Shown one piece after another: positions 57,607 to 64,000 of a DNA stretch of 64,000 nt (position 1 is the first letter of the stretch; every line of letters starts with the position of its first letter). The notes under the pieces are model-generated. The model ran no database searches, was not told the DNA's origin, and saw nothing but the letters and a program-made list of their open reading frames with translations. Origin of the DNA: Eledone cirrhosa (taxonomy: Eukaryota); the NCBI GenBank assembly GCA_964016885.1, contig OZ024741.1, positions 301,072,001 through 301,136,000 on the forward strand. Direction: 5' to 3'. Position numbers and translations under genes: made by a program.

Positions 57607-57849
57607 GGTACTATTTAGCCTTAATAAAATGAATATTAAAACTCTACTTCGGTATATATACTTATAACTATGTATGTACATATATATGTGTGAGTGTGTG
57701 TGTGATTTCTATTGAACTGCTTTCTATCTTATCTGCTACGTTATTAATTGGAACGACTATTCTGCCTGTTCTATATATTTGTTTCTAATATATATTTGAA
57801 TTTACAAACATTCACACACAAAACGAAAAATATTAACTACTTCTTCTGA

Positions 57850-58085
57850 AGCCAACTGATCCCGCTGGATACCCAAGTGAGGCCAGACAAGATCATGGAT
57901 GTTATCCAACCATCTTGCTGAGAGACTACCCACGGGGTATCCTGCCAATTGGTTTTGCCTGTAAAATCTGTCCAGCGATTCTTTACTGAGACTTTGTAAC
58001 TATATGGCCATAGTATCAGATCTGTGATCTCTCAATTCGGAGAAGTAACTGTTTTACCTGGAATGACTCTCTGATCTCCGAGCTA
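57850..58085 (-). mobile_element. RTE-like LINE 3' fragment
   Basis: Homologous to 52382-52612 (ccaactgatcccgctggat..gtaaaatctgtccagc..ctgtgatctctcaattc). Confidence 0.72.
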
Positions 58086-58399
58086 CATATATATATGGGA
58101 ATATATAATCTAAAGTAATAATATAAAACAGAGATGTATCGAAGGTATCTTATTATAATGTAATATAAATACAGTGAATGTTAGTATTCTGATAAAGTAA
58201 TAAACCACAAGATAGAAAGAAAATATTCATTTACCGAAACTTTTCATTTTCCATTTTCTTTTCATATTGTTCGATGGGTTGTGTTTTTATTCCAACTGCC
58301 AGGTGAATTGTTTCTGGGTTCGAGAATATCGTATATATATATATATAGGGAGACATAAAGCAGACTTTGTTTACAAACGGCTAGCGAATTTGAAAATTA

Positions 58400-58590
58400 G
58401 GTAATATCATGCGTTTTAGCCGTATTTAACTAAGTGAAATTAGCCTGTTATTTGGGATTTTTTTTAAAACCTTCTGAATGGAAAGAAAGAATGAGTATTG
58501 ACGTACATGGGACACGAGCCGACATCTTTGGTTCGCCAGCCAATATGTTACCATTACACCAACGCGCCACCCACGCTTCCCTCCATTCAA
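58400..58590 (-). mobile_element. Second tRNA-derived SINE-like repeat (family 2)
   Basis: The reverse complement contains A-box-like ttggtgtaatggtaaca and aligns with 58690-58875. Confidence 0.6.
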
Positions 58591-58612
58591 TAAGAAGCTG
58601 TATAATCATAGC

Positions 58613-58676
<64 letters not shown>

Positions 58677-58689
58677 ATATAAATAGGGA

Positions 58690-58875
58690 GACGCAAAGCA
58701 TGGGAGGCGTCTTGGTGTAAGGGTAACACATTGGTTCGGCAATCCAAAGAAGTGAGTTGGTATCCCGTGTACGTCAATACTCGTCCATTTTTCCATCCAG
58801 GGGTTTCTTTTTTAAATCCCAACTAACAGACTAATTCTACTTAGTCAAATACGGCGTAAGCACATGTTGCTACTT
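58690..58875 (+). mobile_element. Second tRNA-derived SINE-like repeat (family 2)
   Basis: ttggtgtaagggtaacacattgg..tcccgtgtacgtcaatactc..aatcccaa.taacag.ctaatt..acttagt.aaatacggc, shared with the inverted copy. Confidence 0.6.
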
Positions 58876-58876
58876 A

Positions 58877-58943
<67 letters not shown>

Positions 58944-58994
58944 TAGATATATATAGATATATATTTAATTTTCCTAAGCACATGTTGCTACCAA

Positions 58995-59045
<51 letters not shown>

Positions 59046-59524
59046 GTAGCAACATGTGCTTAGGAAAATTAACAAAGAGGGCAAAAAACGAAACCAAAAC
59101 AAAAAGAACAAATATTGAATGGGAAACCTTCAAAAGAAAAAATCTTTTTGGAAATTAAGAGACAAAAGAAAGAAAACTCCAAGGTCTTCAGCAGTCGTGA
59201 GAGACATCTGGCGGTTTCGACGCCTACCAAGGGTACTACAGGTCCACCCGGTGTCACAGTGTCCGAGACAAATCAAAGTCCTGTCGGTGGAGTAAAAGTC
59301 AAATCAAAACAATAACTTATAGCAAATAAGACATAACATGTACACACATAATTTTATGTGGCCACTAGGAGAAGGTGTTATGCCTTTTATAGCAACGGTA
59401 GTCTTGTGAGACTGAGACAAAGGAAGTAAAGAAAGAAAAAGTAAAGCTGAGATAGTATTAATCTGTTAAAAATGTAAACCTATATATATATGAGTGTCTT
59501 CTGTTATTATATCTGGCAATGACG

Positions 59525-59665
59525 CATAGAGTTATGGCCCTTGTCATTCTGAGATCAAATCCCGCCGAGGTTAACTTTGCCTTTCATACTTACGGGGTCG
59601 ATAAAATAAAGAACCAGTAATGTACTGGTTAATTGCTGGCCTTGTGCCAATAGTAGAAACAATTA
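59525..59665 (+). mobile_element. SINE family 1 (5'-truncated)
   Basis: Family body and tail ...gtagaaacaattata. Confidence 0.85.
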
Positions 59666-59675
59666 TAATATGACC

Positions 59676-59708
<33 letters not shown>

Positions 59709-59711
<3 letters not shown>

Positions 59712-62700
59712 ACAGAGTAAAACAAAGAAGCCTTCAATACATCAAAAGTCTTTATTAGCCGACAATGTTTCGTCCTATTAAGGACTCATCAGGGCAATTA
59801 AAAACAACAAGAAGTAATATCGGCAGATACAAGCCGGAAGCTCCGAAGAATATGGAGTGTACATACACTAAAGTATTGCAAAAATATATAATAAAAATAA
59901 TAAAAATATATAATAAAAATTACTAAGGATGTATATAACATTAAGAACCATATTACAAATATAGTCCAAAGCAAAAAAAACCTAGAGCTAAACAAAGGTG
60001 GTTATATAGAGCAGGAATTATATATAATACAATGTAATATAATATAATATAATATAATATACCTTTACCAACATTAAAATTACAATAAAAATCAAAAGGT
60101 ACAACATGCATATGTATATATGTGCGCACACGTACACACACATACACATACAACAATACACACATCCATCTTCAACTGCACAAATTAAACCTTATTAAGA
60201 GTTTGAATATAAAAATAAGCATGATAGGAATGAAAATAATAATAATAATAATACTAATACATCTACCCAATATACATGAGGTAATAATATGATATAATTA
60301 TAAGTAGCACATATAATAAATAATAAATAATACAATTATATACTATATAATACAATATAATAGAATAGATAATCTCCGGTTAATTTACACAAACAATATA
60401 GATGTCACAATAATAATATAATAATAATATACTAACATTTATAATATACAATATACTAACATTTATAATAAACAATATATAATGGTACTCAAGTTAACAA
60501 ATCAATTCATACTGGGTTACAGAGTAGGTGATGAAAAATAAATTGTACAATACCCCCAAAAAATGTTGATGGTACAAAAGTACAAACATCTTACATGATA
60601 TATAAAGTTTAACATATCATAATGTTACATATAATTAACGGTAAGTAATAAGGATCAATATTACAATAAAAAATACAATATAATATAATAAATTATATAA
60701 AATAAATTAACATAATATAATATATAATTACTTATAATTACAAGGTTGGTAGACAGACATGTATATGGATGAGTGAGTAAGTGCCAGACAGTAAATATAA
60801 TGCACAGTAGTATTACAAATAAAATATAAAATATAAAATATAGAATAAAATAATTAAATAGAATCAGCCGGAAATTAAAAAACAAAAACAAACGTATACA
60901 TTTAGGTCTCACATGCAGTTAAGTAGTTAAGTAAAAACTAAGGAAACAACCCCTGTAAATGACTCAAAAACCCTATTTGATAAATTAATATTAAAAATAT
61001 TTAAACTATCCAATAAGGCAGTATAATATTAGTTATAGTTTAAGTCATTAAAGTTTATAAACGTTAATATTTCGTTACAAATGTTTACAAAAAGGAATGA
61101 AATTTTTTTACTATCATATACATAACGATATCTAAAAAACTGACTTAAGCAGAATTAAGGTAGGCTAATAGGGACAGAAATGAAGAAATATATGGAGGAT
61201 GCAAAGGGGCATAACAAATAGTCGATATACTATATTACATAATAGAAGGGTTGATAATAAGTTTATGTGCGCATGGGGGGAAGGGGAGAGGGGGGGTTCC
61301 AAAGAAGAATCAGAATAAAAATAAAAATAAAAATAAAAATAAGAATAAAATAAAACAATTAGCGTAAAATATATAATCTTATATACATTCGTAAGGTGTA
61401 ATAGTGAAAATTTAATGCGTAAGAAGATAGATATGGTACAGTAGCCAAAATATTATGAGACCTAGAATAAAGAGTCATCAAAAACCAATGATAATAATGA
61501 TGATAATAATAATGTTGGCAAACAAAAGAACCTAAACTAAAAAATAAATAATGGAATATATCAGCTAATGGGTACAATTTGTACTACTAGAACGTTTAGG
61601 TTTATAATAAAATTATGAATTAGAAATAGCGTGGGGGCAAGAAGAGAATATCTCAGACTTTCTATTAAGTAAGGATGCGCTAGAGAAGATTATAGAGTGT
61701 GTCTCGAGGATACAGAGATTACAAAACTTAGTATGTGTAGAAAGGTGGTTAGAGCGTGCTACTAAACGCCAGTTAAGGCTATATGGTATATTAGCTCCCT
61801 TAAGATCCCAGATATAATGTGCTAAAGAAGTAGAATTCTTAAACTTAACATGCTTGAAATTAGAGATATGAGAGTTAAACCTAGTCTTAAAAGTGTTAGG
61901 TTATAGAGCCTATATAAGTTCTATTAGAGGAATTAGTTATAACTTCGCAAGCATAGACAATGTTCTTAGAAAGGCAGTTACCGTTTAAAGGGCAGTTAGC
62001 ACTCACTCTACAATTGCACTTCCGGGTGTTATTGGTTGGCTCAAGTGGTGATGCATTACACGTAGGATTGCTATTAGATAAGGACTGTTCTGGTGGTAAT
62101 GCATTGCCAGATCTGTTCAGACTAGTAGTATGTAGAGAGGAGAATCCATCCCTAATTTTCCTATTGTTAGTGCTAGCTAAATGAGAACTAATATTAGGGG
62201 TGGTAGAGAATGAAAGTTTAATAACATTTTTATTAAAAATACTATGGTATTTATGAGAAGGGGGGAAATTTTTCTCTAAGATAGAGAAGAAAGACCTAGG
62301 GATATTAGTTGATACTTCCTGGTTATATGGCGGGCTAAAATAAGTATTTAATCGCCTTCTATTTTTATTCTTACCGACTCTACCATTATCAAATATCCCA
62401 CCATCGAGACTAGGGTTACTGCAAGGATTAGTTAAAGCCGCATTCATAGAATCAGCCAAAATTTCATTAAGTCTATTACAGTTTCTACCTCCAGTAGATC
62501 TGCTGCTGTCCGGAATCCCATCATAAGGATTAGGGCCAATGATAGGATCAGTAGGAGCAACATTATTAGAATAAGATCCAGCAAAATTATCACCAATGTG
62601 TGAGCGCTCAGGGGGTTCAACTTGTTTCCTAGAGGTATTATATTCACTATTACGAGTCCGGTGGGTTAACTTATGGATGGGTTCAGATACACCTATATAA

Positions 62701-64000
62701 TTTTTACGGTTACTATGTTTGCTACTCCCATTCATGGCCATGTTATGTGATATTATGTTATTATTATTAAAAGTAGACGGAGACTTTCTAAGGTTACTAT
62801 TATTATAGTGTATTTTACTAGAGTAACCTGAATTTGCTAGGGCATTATTATAGTACTCCGCATGTTCATTGAATGTTCCTACGTCCTTAGAGAGTGTGGA
62901 AATCCTATTAGATAACCCTTAATTATAGAGCTTATCATAGACTTGGGGTGGTTAGAATTGGGACTAACATAAGAAAGTATTTCATTAGGCTTATGGAAGG
63001 GTTTAAAACTATTAGTGACCAAGTCCAAAGTCACATCTAAAAAGTTAACCGCTCTATCATTTCTATCTATCGTGATCGAAAGGTTATAGCTTTTAAAAAA
63101 ACTTATAAAGCTTCTTCTTATTATGTTCTACAGTGTTGGTGCTAGAGTTAATTACAAACAATGCATCATCACGATATAGTCCGCCTATAAGGTGCGGGAA
63201 GGTAGCATATAGTTCATTAAGGAGGAACAACCCAACAAGATCAGTAACCTGGGCCGAATCACTCGAACCCATTGTAACGTCGAAATTATTGGGCGTGTTT
63301 TTACGGGTCCAAAATGTGTCCTCAAATTTAATAATAGTTTTACGGGCTGCTAGTATAATATCTACCTGTGATCGTGTAAGGCTGGACACTCTCATGGCCA
63401 ACATTAAAGCTTTATTGAGGAGGATGGGTGAAATTAATGTGTAGTAGGCATCAATATCGAATTGGATAAACTTATTAGATTCAAGTCTATTAATCCCGGA
63501 GAACCAATTTATAACTTCCTTAGTGTTCCCCATAGGTTAAAATTAACCTTATCCCTAACATCTGGTATAATAAGGTCAAGGAATTTTTTACTGAAAATGG
63601 CTATATCAGACTTAGAAGGACAGATGAGTCTAACAGAGGGGTTACTAATAAAATCAACCTTATGATCCTTAAGAATGAATCTCGGTTCTCGAGGGTAATA
63701 TGGCTGGGTATACTTATCGAGGCCGAGGTCAGAGACAATTCTAAGGCCCTCACTATTGATGTGGTTCAAATTCTCAAGCGTAGTTTTTTTATAGTTTCTA
63801 TGCAGCTCCTTATAAATAAAGTCGCGGTAAGCACTATAATCCATGGAGTATAGATTCTTAGTCTTATCTGCCGGGACAAGAATGGACTTATTCTCACCGA
63901 AACCCTTAACAATATTTTTAAGTCTAGACTGGAACTTATCAAAATTATTATAATTTCTATGTCTATTATTTGGCCTATACCTAATATTTTTGACAAGAGA
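59709..64000 (-). mobile_element. Decayed Penelope-like element (RT + GIY-YIG, probably Naiad-type); coding about 64000-61620, AT-rich 3' region of about 1.9 kb
   Basis: LKDHK, VRLICPSKS, IQFDIDAYY, FDVTMGSSDSAQVTDLVG, GLYRDDAL, YFSPPYN, CNCRVSANCPLNGNCL..IVYAC..TYIG, then FKTRFNSH and LAHYIWDLK. Assigning the 3' UTR to this element is inferred. Confidence 0.85.
59755..59798 (-). ncRNA. Minimal type I hammerhead ribozyme at the putative PLE 3' end
   Basis: Reverse complement ttgcc-CTGATGA-gtcc.ttaata.ggac-GAAAC.att.GTC-ggctaa, followed directly by AATAAA and then (TA)n about 40 bp further on. Confidence 0.85.

Noticed and set aside
58700-58785. Functional tRNA gene
   Set aside because: Only an A-box/D-arm-like segment, with a degenerate T arm, embedded in a longer repeat; treated as a SINE head.

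Overview
AT-rich animal (eukaryotic) genomic DNA made up almost entirely of transposable elements and microsatellites; I see no host gene. The tRNA-derived SINE resembles octopod cephalopod SINEs as I recall them, so that origin is an unverified inference. The core (about 7.2-52.3 kb) is a nested array of non-LTR retrotransposons, with most junctions falling in (TAA)n/(TTA)n microsatellite. It holds six long copies of two R4/Dong-like RLE families (family A x4, one with an intact 1130-aa ORF; family B x2) and three head-to-tail Tx1-like APE elements. The Dong-like copies always read (TAA)n on their sense strand and the Tx1-like copies always read (ATT)n, so the two clades use the same repeat in opposite polarity. 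A fold-back at about 19,755 flips the repeat polarity and produces a large imperfect palindrome. The flanks carry two decayed GIY-YIG Penelope-like elements, several type I hammerhead ribozyme motifs near (TA)n tracts (one inside a retrozyme-like 508-bp unit), SINEs, RTE and mariner relics, and a Helentron-like element. The most notable untested ideas are a conserved 52-nt GT-AG mini-intron that would fuse Tx1 ORF1 and ORF2 in frame, and a double-pseudoknot leader on Dong family B.
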